Of a DNA stretch of 64,000 nt, positions 47,676-56,366 are shown one piece after another; position 1 is the first letter of the stretch; every line of letters starts with the position of its first letter. The DNA is taken from the sequence record PQ227241.1; one strand, given 5' to 3'. The notes below the pieces were generated by a model that was not told where the DNA came from, made no database searches, and was given only the letters and a program-made list of their open reading frames with translations. The position numbers were made by a program, and so were the translations under genes.

Positions 47676-48095
47676 TTAGAATGCAGAAATGGTCAACTCA
47701 TTGCACTTAACGGCAGCGAGTTTTTCCCAATTTTCTTCATGTTCCATCAAGCATTCAATTACAACATGCATGGACCATGACTCGCCATCAATATTTGCAA
47801 ATACAAAGAAACCATCATCAAGCTCAGTAATGCCACTAATCAGATTATTTTTGATCAGGTAGACCAATTGATCATTAACGATTTTAACTTCATGATCAAT
47901 GAGATGGCTGGCATATTTGCTAGTGATATCAAACACTTCTTTTGATGAAAGTGATCCATCGCGTTTGACGGCAGTTAGGCTCCAATTAACCAAAGACGGT
48001 GAACACCAATGAAGACCATGCACATTCATCAAAACTGGATGTTTGTTATCCATAGCTTTTACAGAATGAGCCCAGTACTTTTCATCAATATACAT
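47676..48095 (-). CDS. Hypothetical protein
   Basis: 139 aa, AAGGA RBS. Confidence 0.7.
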   Translation of the reverse strand: MYIDEKYWAHSVKAMDNKHPVLMNVHGLHWCSPSLVNWSLTAVKRDGSLSSKEVFDITSKYASHLIDHEVKIVNDQLVYLIKNNLISGITELDDGFFVFANIDGESWSMHVVIECLMEHEENWEKLAAVKCNELTISAF

Positions 48096-48121
48096 TTATA
48101 TTTCCTTTTTTTCCAGATTGA

Positions 48122-48400
48122 TTATTTTATTACAATGCCTTCAGCATTGCGTACTGCTTCTTTAGCAAATTGAACATCTCCAAATACATGCTCAATAAAC
48201 TTTGATGCGTCTGACCCAGCTACATCGCTTGATAGTAGTTTCACAGTCTTGGTAATCTTACCAGGATAATAGAGGATGATATCCCATCCATCACTTTCTT
48301 TAACAGAGCGAATTTTTAGAATAGGTTCTTCTTTACCAAGGTGTTCAAGACTAACACCACTTTTGACAGCGGCTTCAAATACTACATCAGAGATAGACAT
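48122..48400 (-). CDS. Hypothetical protein
   Basis: 92 aa. Confidence 0.65.
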   Translation of the reverse strand: MSISDVVFEAAVKSGVSLEHLGKEEPILKIRSVKESDGWDIILYYPGKITKTVKLLSSDVAGSDASKFIEHVFGDVQFAKEAVRNAEGIVIK

Positions 48401-48427
48401 ATTAGTTACCTTCTTAAAAGAAAGCGG

Positions 48428-48661
48428 TCATGCGACCGCATCTTTAATCAGCGAGATAATTCGCGCTGATGGTTCGCGCCAAAATTCAATACGTACATTA
48501 TTGAACTGGCTATCGTGATGCATAAAAGCTGACGATTGCTTTGCTGCATCGTGATTCATAATAGAACGTAGCTGGATAATATTTTTGTCTTTGAGTCGGA
48601 TACCATCCAGATCAATGACTTTCAGTCCAGAGTTCATAGTTTTTACAGTTACATGTTGCAT
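48428..48661 (-). CDS. Hypothetical protein
   Basis: 77 aa, AAGGA RBS. Confidence 0.65.
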   Translation of the reverse strand: MQHVTVKTMNSGLKVIDLDGIRLKDKNIIQLRSIMNHDAAKQSSAFMHHDSQFNNVRIEFWREPSARIISLIKDAVA

Positions 48662-48712
48662 TTACAATTTCCTTTTAGTTGGATTAAAAATCTGTTAAAC
48701 TTCTTTTATAAG

Positions 48713-49135
48713 TTATTTCGGTTTTGCGATAGCTTTAATGAGTTCCTGTTCAAGTTGCACGAGTTCATCATCTGCGATGTCGCGTGAAACACACATACAC
48801 CGTCCTGGTCGTTTATACCAAGTAATGCAGACATCACGCCAAATAAGCGCACCTTCATCGATATCATTGAGCCTGAAAGTCTTTAGCTCGTCAGTGTTAA
48901 GAGAAGGACCACCAGGATAAGGATAAAATCTTTCGTAATCAATTCCACTATATTTCATCACTAGGGCATATAGTGGTGGTTGAACCATTTTCCAATATGA
49001 AGCTAATTTAATATCCTCACTTGGTACAGATGCCCAATACTCTTTTTCTGCTTCATCCATTTCTTCTGGTTTAGGAAGTCCACCAATCAGGCAATATGCA
49101 TGTTCAGCAACTTCAACTAAGCGTGTATTTTTCAT
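48713..49135 (-). CDS. Hypothetical protein
   Basis: 140 aa. Confidence 0.7.
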   Translation of the reverse strand: MKNTRLVEVAEHAYCLIGGLPKPEEMDEAEKEYWASVPSEDIKLASYWKMVQPPLYALVMKYSGIDYERFYPYPGGPSLNTDELKTFRLNDIDEGALIWRDVCITWYKRPGRCMCVSRDIADDELVQLEQELIKAIAKPK

Positions 49136-49476
49136 AGCTTAATCCTAATCTTTGTAATACCGCAATCGTGCTCACCGAACTCGACTTTTCTCCAGCCCGC
49201 TTCACGCAATCGTGCTTTAACAACCTTCATTACAGATGGAGCAATTTCATCCTTATGTTCGACAACAATTTCATAACTGCGAATAAAATGGAAGTTGTTG
49301 AAACCAGGTAGGTCTTCAAGCATCTTTCTCCGAATACCCGCACAGACTTCATTGGCTTGCCGTTCAACCAACATTGCATGAATTTCATTTTTGGTCGGAA
49401 TAGAGCAATTGCCAGTTTCTATTTGAAGAGTTTTGATTGCATTTTCCAAAAGAGATTTTGAAATACCAAGAGTCAT
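49132..49476 (-). CDS. Hypothetical protein
   Basis: 114 aa. Confidence 0.65.
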   Translation of the reverse strand: MTLGISKSLLENAIKTLQIETGNCSIPTKNEIHAMLVERQANEVCAGIRRKMLEDLPGFNNFHFIRSYEIVVEHKDEIAPSVMKVVKARLREAGWRKVEFGEHDCGITKIRIKL

Positions 49477-49529
49477 CGTATCAGTTCCCCGTGAGTTAAA
49501 TAAATTTTAATACGCGTTTTGATGGTTTA

Positions 49530-49889
49530 TTATTTACCAATAGATACAATTACCTCTTTTAATTTACCATGGTCATTAATTGCCATCTGACAAGTGGGGC
49601 ACGGATACGCATCCAATGGCCTGCCATCAGCACCGACCCGCGCAACATAGATCCTATATCCTTTTCCTTTGGAGAGGATGATAGAACGCAACTCACTATG
49701 CATCTCACAACGTAGATCAGACAATCCTGCTTTTAGAGAATAACGTTTCTGAACAGGATGTGTTTTACCATACATATTTTGGCTTTCACTAATAATCCTG
49801 CCACGCTTATCAGTAATGACTGAATAAACACGTTGACGATGTTTTACATAAGGGATCTCGCGACACTTTTCCAAAGCATAATCCAACAT
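49530..49889 (-). CDS. Zn-dependent cytidine-deaminase-fold protein
   Basis: MHSE (HxE) and AYPCPTC (PCxxC); start set at ATG 49889 after early promoter. Confidence 0.75.
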   Translation of the reverse strand: MLDYALEKCREIPYVKHRQRVYSVITDKRGRIISESQNMYGKTHPVQKRYSLKAGLSDLRCEMHSELRSIILSKGKGYRIYVARVGADGRPLDAYPCPTCQMAINDHGKLKEVIVSIGK

Positions 49890-49932
49890 AATTGATTTAC
49901 CTATTTGAAATTTAGATAGTTTTATCACATTT

Positions 49933-49962
49933 GTAATATACTGTTTAAAATGCTTTAAATAC
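49933..49962 (-). promoter_or_regulatory. phiKZ-type early promoter
   Basis: Minus strand GTATTTAAAGCATTTTAAACAG-TATATTAC. Confidence 0.8.
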
Positions 49963-49979
49963 AAAAAAATAAAATATAA

Positions 49980-50000
49980 GCCCTCCCGCAATGGGAGGGC
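49980..50000 (-). terminator. Intrinsic terminator
   Basis: gccctccc-gcaat-gggagggc. Confidence 0.8.
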
Positions 50001-50013
50001 AATATAATAACTA

Positions 50014-50448
50014 TTACAATTTATTCGCCATTTTACCTGGTACTATAACCCAGTGTAAATTACATTTAATGTGTTTATTTTTAAGAGACATTCCTGAGAT
50101 ACACACATCCTCTTTGGTTATGCTAATTTTAAATAAAGCTTCCCATTTATTAGCTGTGATGATTTCATCAACAGTGTGATGGAATTTAAGTGTGTTATCT
50201 AATACTGAAATATAAAAGTCTTTATTGGGTTGACCTTTAGTTAAATCAATTATTAACCTATTATTTAATTTAGGTGAAAAAGTTGTTAATGTACCATCTT
50301 CATTATTTTCAGATATATAAGAGCAACCAGTAACAATGAAGACATTATCATTTACACTATTGGCATAAATTATTTTTGGGTGTTTAAAAATATTAATTAG
50401 ATAAACAATAATTGCTGACAGGATTAGTGCAATTACTATATCAGCCAT
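50014..50448 (-). CDS. Membrane-anchored hypothetical protein
   Basis: N-terminal TM helix. Confidence 0.65.
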   Translation of the reverse strand: MADIVIALILSAIIVYLINIFKHPKIIYANSVNDNVFIVTGCSYISENNEDGTLTTFSPKLNNRLIIDLTKGQPNKDFYISVLDNTLKFHHTVDEIITANKWEALFKISITKEDVCISGMSLKNKHIKCNLHWVIVPGKMANKL

Positions 50449-50450
50449 TA

Positions 50451-50825
50451 TTAACCCCTATTAACAAAGATAAAATAATCTCGTAGTTCACCAGCTAAAT
50501 CTAATGGTTGATAATTATCACTACCATCATCATAAGGGATATAATCAGCACCTGCTTCTACAGCCGCTAAATATTCTTCCTCACCAACTGCTGGAATTAA
50601 ATGAAACGCTGGGCAATCGTCATTATTGCCATCTAGTATATCTAGCATGCCTGTAATGACACTATCTGCTACAGCCCTGTCCCGATCAGCTGGCTCTGTA
50701 AATTGATCAAGTTTAGAGTTATTGATAGCATTATCACGCATATTGACAACACTACTAATAAATAGTTCTTTAACTTGTTCCTGTGTTACAGGTTTAACAT
50801 TACCATCGCCTTCAAAATAGATCAT
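50451..50825 (-). CDS. Hypothetical protein (paralog of 50870-51556)
   Basis: LDGNNDDCPAFHLIP motif. Confidence 0.7.
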   Translation of the reverse strand: MIYFEGDGNVKPVTQEQVKELFISSVVNMRDNAINNSKLDQFTEPADRDRAVADSVITGMLDILDGNNDDCPAFHLIPAVGEEEYLAAVEAGADYIPYDDGSDNYQPLDLAGELRDYFIFVNRG

Positions 50826-50869
50826 AATTACATACCTTGTTATCAGTAGCTTATAAATTTATTAGTTCA

Positions 50870-51556
50870 TTAACGCATTATTCGACTGATATCATCAGCT
50901 ATTTGTGATTGTATCTTTTCCGCTTTTTCTTTAGCTTTTTCTACTAACATAGCAAGTTGCTCTTGCGTAAAATTACCCGAGTAATACTTAACAGGTTTCT
51001 CACCTGCTAAACTAAGGAAATGGTTCAATAGTGCATGTGGTCCTTTGAAAGGTTCCGTAAATGTCTTAGAAACTTGATAACGTAGATTACCAGAAATATC
51101 AACTGCATCACACTTTGCACGGATATTATCTTTTAAATTTTCAACTGGGTTTACTGGCCAATAATTCTCACCAATACTTATTAGGTAGTCAATATCCTCT
51201 TGAGTAACATTAGGTATAAGTTTGAATCCGGGTATATTTGGATCATTGCCATCTAGGCCAGCTGCGATGCTATATATAAATCCATCAAGCATATCTCTGA
51301 TAGATAGTGCCTTATCTGTATTTTGAGTATCGGTATACTGTTTATGCCAGTAATTACGTGTGCTTTGAAGCCAATTTACAAAGAGAGAAGTTTGTTCCTC
51401 TTTTGTATATTCTCTCGGATCATCTACTTTCTCCCATTCTTTTTGTTTATTTATCTTAGGAGTCTTAGTTTTCTTTACAGGTTGTTCAATCGGTGAATCT
51501 GAAACCTTTGTTTCAAATCCTATACCAACTATAGTTTTATCGGTTGTATTGATCAT
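50870..51556 (-). CDS. Hypothetical protein (paralog of 50451-50825)
   Basis: LDGNDPNIPGFKLIP motif. Confidence 0.7.
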   Translation of the reverse strand: MINTTDKTIVGIGFETKVSDSPIEQPVKKTKTPKINKQKEWEKVDDPREYTKEEQTSLFVNWLQSTRNYWHKQYTDTQNTDKALSIRDMLDGFIYSIAAGLDGNDPNIPGFKLIPNVTQEDIDYLISIGENYWPVNPVENLKDNIRAKCDAVDISGNLRYQVSKTFTEPFKGPHALLNHFLSLAGEKPVKYYSGNFTQEQLAMLVEKAKEKAEKIQSQIADDISRIMR

Positions 51557-51783
51557 AGAACATGAAACCTTTGTATATAGTTTGGTTTTATGCGTTTAGT
51601 AAATTGCGCTGAATGCTCAATGTAATAAATGCATTTATCATTAAGTGAATACACTGTATAATAGGTTTTAGCACATATATGTCGTATGCCAATAGTAACA
51701 CATATTTCCCAACCGATCTTTGTAAATACATAACCTAACTGATTAGGCTCTATTTCTAAACATCTTTTGTCGAAGTTAACCAT
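51553..51783 (-). CDS. Hypothetical protein
   Basis: 76 aa, GAGGA RBS. Confidence 0.55.
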   Translation of the reverse strand: MVNFDKRCLEIEPNQLGYVFTKIGWEICVTIGIRHICAKTYYTVYSLNDKCIYYIEHSAQFTKRIKPNYIQRFHVL

Positions 51784-52223
51784 TGTGGCTTCCTCGGAAT
51801 AGTTCGCAAGTACTGAACAATAAGTCGCGCGAATTCATCCATATCGTCTTCAACTAGAATTAACTCATCCAATGTATACCAGCCATCATCAGTTGTTTCA
51901 ATTAGATTAGAATCATCTTTGATTTCTCTATCTAAGATGGCGTATAATCTAGTTGGTCCAAAATCAGGCTCTTCTATAACCCCAAGATGTATCAAAGAAT
52001 TTCTATTATTAGTATCATCTGTGATAGTTGGCTGAACACTAATATTGGAAGTTTCCTCTGGGAAGTTATAACTATCTAAAATAGCAAAATCAGTTAATTG
52101 TCTAATAGCCTTTCTAGTGAAATCATAAACCTTCACTATGGGATGAATCACATAGGTTAGTTTATCATTAACTAAACGTTGCCTTAAATTAATAAATGCG
52201 CAGTTATTCATCGACATACTCAT
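51756..52223 (-). CDS. Hypothetical protein, possibly degenerate NUDIX fold
   Basis: GWYTLDEL and following helix resemble NUDIX C-terminus; no Nudix box. Confidence 0.45.
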   Translation of the reverse strand: MSMSMNNCAFINLRQRLVNDKLTYVIHPIVKVYDFTRKAIRQLTDFAILDSYNFPEETSNISVQPTITDDTNNRNSLIHLGVIEEPDFGPTRLYAILDREIKDDSNLIETTDDGWYTLDELILVEDDMDEFARLIVQYLRTIPRKPQWLTSTKDV

Positions 52224-52578
52224 GTACCATTTTAATAGTTTTCAAAAATACTTCTTGATTATTACTATCATCTGCTTTTAGAATAACAGGATGACACATA
52301 AATTCATTTTCCAATGATACTCGATAATATTCATTAATTGTCTGAATGAAATCAAGCGGGGGATAAATAATAATATCCTTATCTGTTTCGGCGTAATTAA
52401 CTACATTTGGTTCATGTTTAAATTTGGATTTATTTAATTTATAAACAAAGTATTTTATATCATTTTTATCTACTTGTGATACAAATACAATTCGTTCATA
52501 CATTGATAAATCAATATCTTTACCAATATTGATAGACAGTGGCATACCAATAAATGAGCGTTTAATATTTTCATTCAT
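52204..52578 (-). CDS. Hypothetical early protein
   Basis: 124 aa, first gene after TATATTAC. Confidence 0.65.
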   Translation of the reverse strand: MNENIKRSFIGMPLSINIGKDIDLSMYERIVFVSQVDKNDIKYFVYKLNKSKFKHEPNVVNYAETDKDIIIYPPLDFIQTINEYYRVSLENEFMCHPVILKADDSNNQEVFLKTIKMVHEYVDE

Positions 52579-52617
52579 TTTTTAATTACCTATTTAATAG
52601 TTTAATGTTGTATTAGT

Positions 52618-52640
52618 GTAATATAGATTTCAAAAAAAAT
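52618..52640 (-). promoter_or_regulatory. Early promoter, core only
   Basis: Minus strand TTTTTTTTGAAATC-TATATTAC. Confidence 0.55.
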
Positions 52641-52651
52641 TTAATGTAAAA

Positions 52652-52673
52652 GCCCTCTCCTTTGGGAGAGGGT
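52652..52673 (-). terminator. Intrinsic terminator
   Basis: gccctctcc-tttg-ggagagggt. Confidence 0.75.
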
Positions 52674-52681
52674 TTATGACT

Positions 52682-52789
52682 TTATTTATATTTTTTCTTA
52701 TGAGTGTGGTAAATATAGCTAAATAGCATACCGATTGACATTGATACAGCTACCATACCCACATAGAAAAGTTCATTACTAAGTTGCAT
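52682..52789 (-). CDS. Single-pass membrane peptide (35 aa, not in ORF track)
   Basis: [35 protein letters not shown]; GAGGA RBS; flanked by terminators. Confidence 0.6.
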   Translation of the reverse strand: MQLSNELFYVGMVAVSMSIGMLFSYIYHTHKKKYK

Positions 52790-52850
52790 TAGATTTCCTC
52801 AAATAGTTTAATTTATCCCACCTAGTTTTAACCGTCCAGTCGGTTAAAAA

Positions 52851-52868
52851 GAGGACCCGAAGGTCCTC
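52851..52868 (-). terminator. Intrinsic terminator (UUCG)
   Basis: gaggacc-cgaa-ggtcctc, U-tract on minus strand. Confidence 0.8.
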
Positions 52869-52871
52869 TAA

Positions 52872-53111
52872 TTATTTCTTATAACTCTCAGGGCATCCCA
52901 TTTTGAGTTTGCCATCCTTTGGGTCTTCAGCGAATAATACTTCATCTGGACACTTCTTAACAGGAGTGTCCTTCGCCTTATCTTCCCATTCTACAACAGG
53001 CATTTCTAATTTCTTACGAAATTGATACGTATCATAAAGAACATACGTAATCATTCCCATAAGAGAGATTACCCATACCCATGCAACAATTAGGATGATT
53101 CTAGTTATCAT
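52872..53111 (-). CDS. Small membrane-anchored protein
   Basis: N-terminal TM helix, two Cys in soluble tail. Confidence 0.7.
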   Translation of the reverse strand: MITRIILIVAWVWVISLMGMITYVLYDTYQFRKKLEMPVVEWEDKAKDTPVKKCPDEVLFAEDPKDGKLKMGCPESYKK

Positions 53112-53478
53112 ACAACTCCTCGCCGACTATATTGAAACACCCATTACTGAGTTTTTCAGTCAGCATCTCACCAAGATCACTTCCCTCGCTCTTTGCCAAA
53201 AGCTTAAGTGCGGGATCAGTGAGATTTTGGTATATTACATCGACATTATCCAATGCGATATTAATAGCGAGTGCCTTATCACTCTGGTTTTTATCTATGG
53301 CAATGGATAGTTCATCTTGCAGTATTGCATACATCTCCAATGGCTCACCGCCATTAGTGTAGAATTGAACCATATTCTTTGCCAAGCTGTGCAGCACGTA
53401 GCAAGATGACACGGTTACGGGTTGTGCATTAACCGACATTGCTACCATAGTGATAATGAGCGAGAAGACGTATTTCAT
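53101..53478 (-). CDS. Secreted two-Cys helical protein (array member)
   Basis: Signal peptide MKYVF...VNA; SSCYVL and NGCFNI. Confidence 0.75.
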   Translation of the reverse strand: MKYVFSLIITMVAMSVNAQPVTVSSCYVLHSLAKNMVQFYTNGGEPLEMYAILQDELSIAIDKNQSDKALAINIALDNVDVIYQNLTDPALKLLAKSEGSDLGEMLTEKLSNGCFNIVGEELYDN

Positions 53479-53510
53479 CCTATTTTCCTTTTGAAAGTAT
53501 TCGATATGAA

Positions 53511-53966
53511 TTAAATGAGTTCAACAATTACCATGTGAGTGAATTTCTCACCAATATGCTTCATGCAGTAATTGCCATAATACCCGCTGATAAAAGCTGC
53601 CAGATTAGGAGTAGTCACATTGTAACCTTGACTACGGATATAATCATGGATCTCTTTACTGTTAAGGTCATTATTGATTTTATTAAGACTATTGAATACG
53701 AATGTTAACGCAATCCAATTATTGGTATCCAACTCATCTTTGAGTTTAGCAGAGTTGTTGAGCATAAGCACACCAACTTCATCTGCGCTATGACCTTCAC
53801 TCATTCGAAATACAGCTTGTTTAGTAATGGTTTCAACCATTGCACACGACTGCACAGTGAGTTGAGCATCTTTTTTACCAATCTTGATTTCAGCCATTGC
53901 GGTATTGAACATGATACCGGTAATGGCAATGAGACCAGCGAAAGCTGCTGCAATTACATTTTTCAT
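53511..53966 (-). CDS. Secreted two-Cys helical protein (array member)
   Basis: Signal peptide ending AMA; QSCAMV and NYCMKH. Confidence 0.75.
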   Translation of the reverse strand: MKNVIAAAFAGLIAITGIMFNTAMAEIKIGKKDAQLTVQSCAMVETITKQAVFRMSEGHSADEVGVLMLNNSAKLKDELDTNNWIALTFVFNSLNKINNDLNSKEIHDYIRSQGYNVTTPNLAAFISGYYGNYCMKHIGEKFTHMVIVELI

Positions 53967-53983
53967 TTTAAATCCTTCTTCAT

Positions 53984-54367
53984 TTATTTAATGGTAAGAA
54001 TAGTAATTTTTTCAGGATTTACTGGAACTTTAATTTTAGATTTATGTTGGAGAAACTCAACAACCACCATAGACTTATCCATTTTATACACTTCACATAC
54101 TTTGACAAGCCTATCTACTACGCAACCAATTTTACCGGCATTTTGAGAAAAGAAAGATTTTGCTTTTCTAATAGCCTCGCGTTTCTCAAGCATTTCCATA
54201 CGCATATTTTCAATATGTTTATCGCGTTGAACACGATTAAACTTACGCATATGTCGTTCGATCTTACTAATTTCAGAAGAGTGTAATGAATAAGCAGCAG
54301 CTTCTTTCAGTTTCTCATATACTTCCACTGCCATTACCACGTGATCATCTTCAAAATTTCTTTTCAT
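53984..54367 (-). CDS. Basic hypothetical protein
   Basis: 127 aa, helical N-half and SH3-like C-half. Confidence 0.65.
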   Translation of the reverse strand: MKRNFEDDHVVMAVEVYEKLKEAAAYSLHSSEISKIERHMRKFNRVQRDKHIENMRMEMLEKREAIRKAKSFFSQNAGKIGCVVDRLVKVCEVYKMDKSMVVVEFLQHKSKIKVPVNPEKITILTIK

Positions 54368-54380
54368 ATCTATGCCTTTT

Positions 54381-55175
54381 TCACTGTTTGATTAAATTTG
54401 ACACTGCTTCTTGTTTACATTGAGTATTCATCCATAATGCAATGTCTTTGGGTTCTTGTCCAGTTTCCACCATATCGATAATGATACGGGTATTACGTTG
54501 TGCTTTCTCACGGGCATTTAACATATCAGGATCATTAATAATGAATTCCCTACCCATAACTGGATCTAATCCAATATAAGCTTTAGATGCAATAGTTCTC
54601 ACCATTGCTTCATATTGGTCACATCCACGTTCAGTTAATACAAGGTTATCTGCATTGGCACTACCGCCAAATAGCAAACCTAGGAATCCATAGAAAAAAG
54701 TGTGACGTATTGTCTTCCAACAAATACGCATCTCTTCATTTTTTGTATAAAGCTTTTCCCAATCAAACATTAAATAGAAACTTTCTTTTTGGATAGAAGG
54801 GTGTAACCAAATAGGTTTAATACTTACTTCAAGAAGTTTACTATTTGGATTTTTACCAATAAAGATAACTTCAACAATGGCTCGTGCTAAAGCATCTTTT
54901 TCTTTACCATTCCATCCAAATTTTATTTCATCAGCCGTGATATAAAGACGTATTCCGTCACCCACGTATTTGGGTAACCAAACAGCTTTACCTAGTTGCA
55001 TTGGAACACTATTAGGGATCCCCCCAACCATCCAGGTAGCATTGGTGAAATGAATAGCGACATCATCATTTAACCACTTTAGAATAGCTGGCCTTACCCA
55101 ACTATCTACCAAATTACCACATGTCAATGCAGCTAGCATAGCCATGAGCATAATGACAATATAGATACTAATCAT
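54381..55175 (-). CDS. Membrane protein fused in frame to a secreted two-Cys module
   Basis: N-terminal TM; internal ATG 54731 starts MRICWK...GGSANA signal peptide, then RGCDQY and TQCKQE. Confidence 0.65.
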   Translation of the reverse strand: MISIYIVIMLMAMLAALTCGNLVDSWVRPAILKWLNDDVAIHFTNATWMVGGIPNSVPMQLGKAVWLPKYVGDGIRLYITADEIKFGWNGKEKDALARAIVEVIFIGKNPNSKLLEVSIKPIWLHPSIQKESFYLMFDWEKLYTKNEEMRICWKTIRHTFFYGFLGLLFGGSANADNLVLTERGCDQYEAMVRTIASKAYIGLDPVMGREFIINDPDMLNAREKAQRNTRIIIDMVETGQEPKDIALWMNTQCKQEAVSNLIKQ

Positions 55176-55178
55176 AGT

Positions 55179-55538
55179 CTACTCCAAGTTAAATTTAGTA
55201 CCAATTGCTTCAACACAATTTTCAGCTAACCTATCTAGGATAGCTCCATTGGTAAATCCTTTTCGTTTATTTACTCGAATATCAACTAAGTTTAACTTGG
55301 CATATACCGCACCTGCATAGAACTCCAAGTCATCCATATCCTTACGAGAGATCATGTCTAACTGCATCATTATCTCAAATTGGGATAGGTTCTTATCATA
55401 AAGCTCAGTTGCTTTTTGTGAAAGATTTACTGCCACATTACATGATTTCTTAGTAATACCCACTTCTACAGCGTGGGCAGGCTGACATGCAATGGACAGG
55501 ATTGGCAGGAAAAGGAATAATAGCCAATTCTTAAGCAT
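55179..55538 (-). CDS. Secreted two-Cys helical protein (array member)
   Basis: Signal peptide ending AHA; KSCNVA and ENCVEA. Confidence 0.75.
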   Translation of the reverse strand: MLKNWLLFLFLPILSIACQPAHAVEVGITKKSCNVAVNLSQKATELYDKNLSQFEIMMQLDMISRKDMDDLEFYAGAVYAKLNLVDIRVNKRKGFTNGAILDRLAENCVEAIGTKFNLE

Positions 55539-55550
55539 GTTGTACCTCCA

Positions 55551-55958
55551 TTATTTTAGAGTAAGTGGTTTTGCTTCAAACGCACCTGCCGCTACACAAC
55601 GCTGGAAATAACCATCAATGATGAATTTCTCAGGAGTGGTCTTATAGACTTTAGCAGCATTTGTTGCACGTGGCAAACTTGCCTCAATTGCCATTTTATC
55701 TACCTTAGACCATAGGTAAAATAGACCAGTGAGTTCTTCAACTTTAGACTGGTTGGTCTTTAGATCTTTAGTGTTATTAAGGATATAATGAATCCTTTCA
55801 TAAGTCTTCATTTGCACTTCAGTTACAGATGCACCTTTTACAAACAATTCATCTGCCTGTTTTACAAACTCGATGCATGAATCACGATTAGTGTACATGA
55901 CAGCCGAGTTAGCAGTGATAGTTACAATAGACAACATAAATGCAATTACATATTTCAT
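55551..55958 (-). CDS. Secreted two-Cys helical protein (array member)
   Basis: Signal peptide MKYVI...ANSA; DSCIEF and QRCVAA. Confidence 0.75.
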   Translation of the reverse strand: MKYVIAFMLSIVTITANSAVMYTNRDSCIEFVKQADELFVKGASVTEVQMKTYERIHYILNNTKDLKTNQSKVEELTGLFYLWSKVDKMAIEASLPRATNAAKVYKTTPEKFIIDGYFQRCVAAGAFEAKPLTLK

Positions 55959-55984
55959 AATGAATTACCTCAAAATTAATTTTA

Positions 55985-56248
55985 TTAACTATTGGTTTCA
56001 CCACGAGTATTGAATTCTAAATCCAATACAACTTTAGTAAATTCTTCCAGTGCACCACCCTCGTAGATGAGTGGGTCACTGTCACCCCGGTACATGCTAC
56101 CTACCGGTACTTGACCACGAAACACCATCAGCATATCGTTTTTTACTATGACATGATGTTCATCCCCGACAGCAATGTCTTGGATGTGTCTCCAGCGTTC
56201 ACGCAGTAAGCTGCAAGCGCACCATACGGATTTCAAACGTTCAGTCAT
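55985..56248 (-). CDS. Hypothetical early protein
   Basis: 87 aa, GAGGG RBS, first gene after early promoter. Confidence 0.7.
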   Translation of the reverse strand: MTERLKSVWCACSLLRERWRHIQDIAVGDEHHVIVKNDMLMVFRGQVPVGSMYRGDSDPLIYEGGALEEFTKVVLDLEFNTRGETNS

Positions 56249-56281
56249 TGTATTGCCCTCTTGGTTATTAAATTCATATTT

Positions 56282-56311
56282 GTAATATAGCTTTTTAAAT
56301 AGTTTAAATAC
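56282..56311 (-). promoter_or_regulatory. phiKZ-type early promoter
   Basis: Minus strand GTATTTAAACTATTTAAAAAGC-TATATTAC. Confidence 0.75.
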
Positions 56312-56328
56312 AAAAAAAGATAAATAAA

Positions 56329-56348
56329 ACCCTCCCCGAAGGGAGGGT
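56329..56348 (-). terminator. Intrinsic terminator (UUCG)
   Basis: accctccc-cgaa-gggagggt. Confidence 0.85.
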
Positions 56349-56366
56349 GTATATTAAGTAATTATT

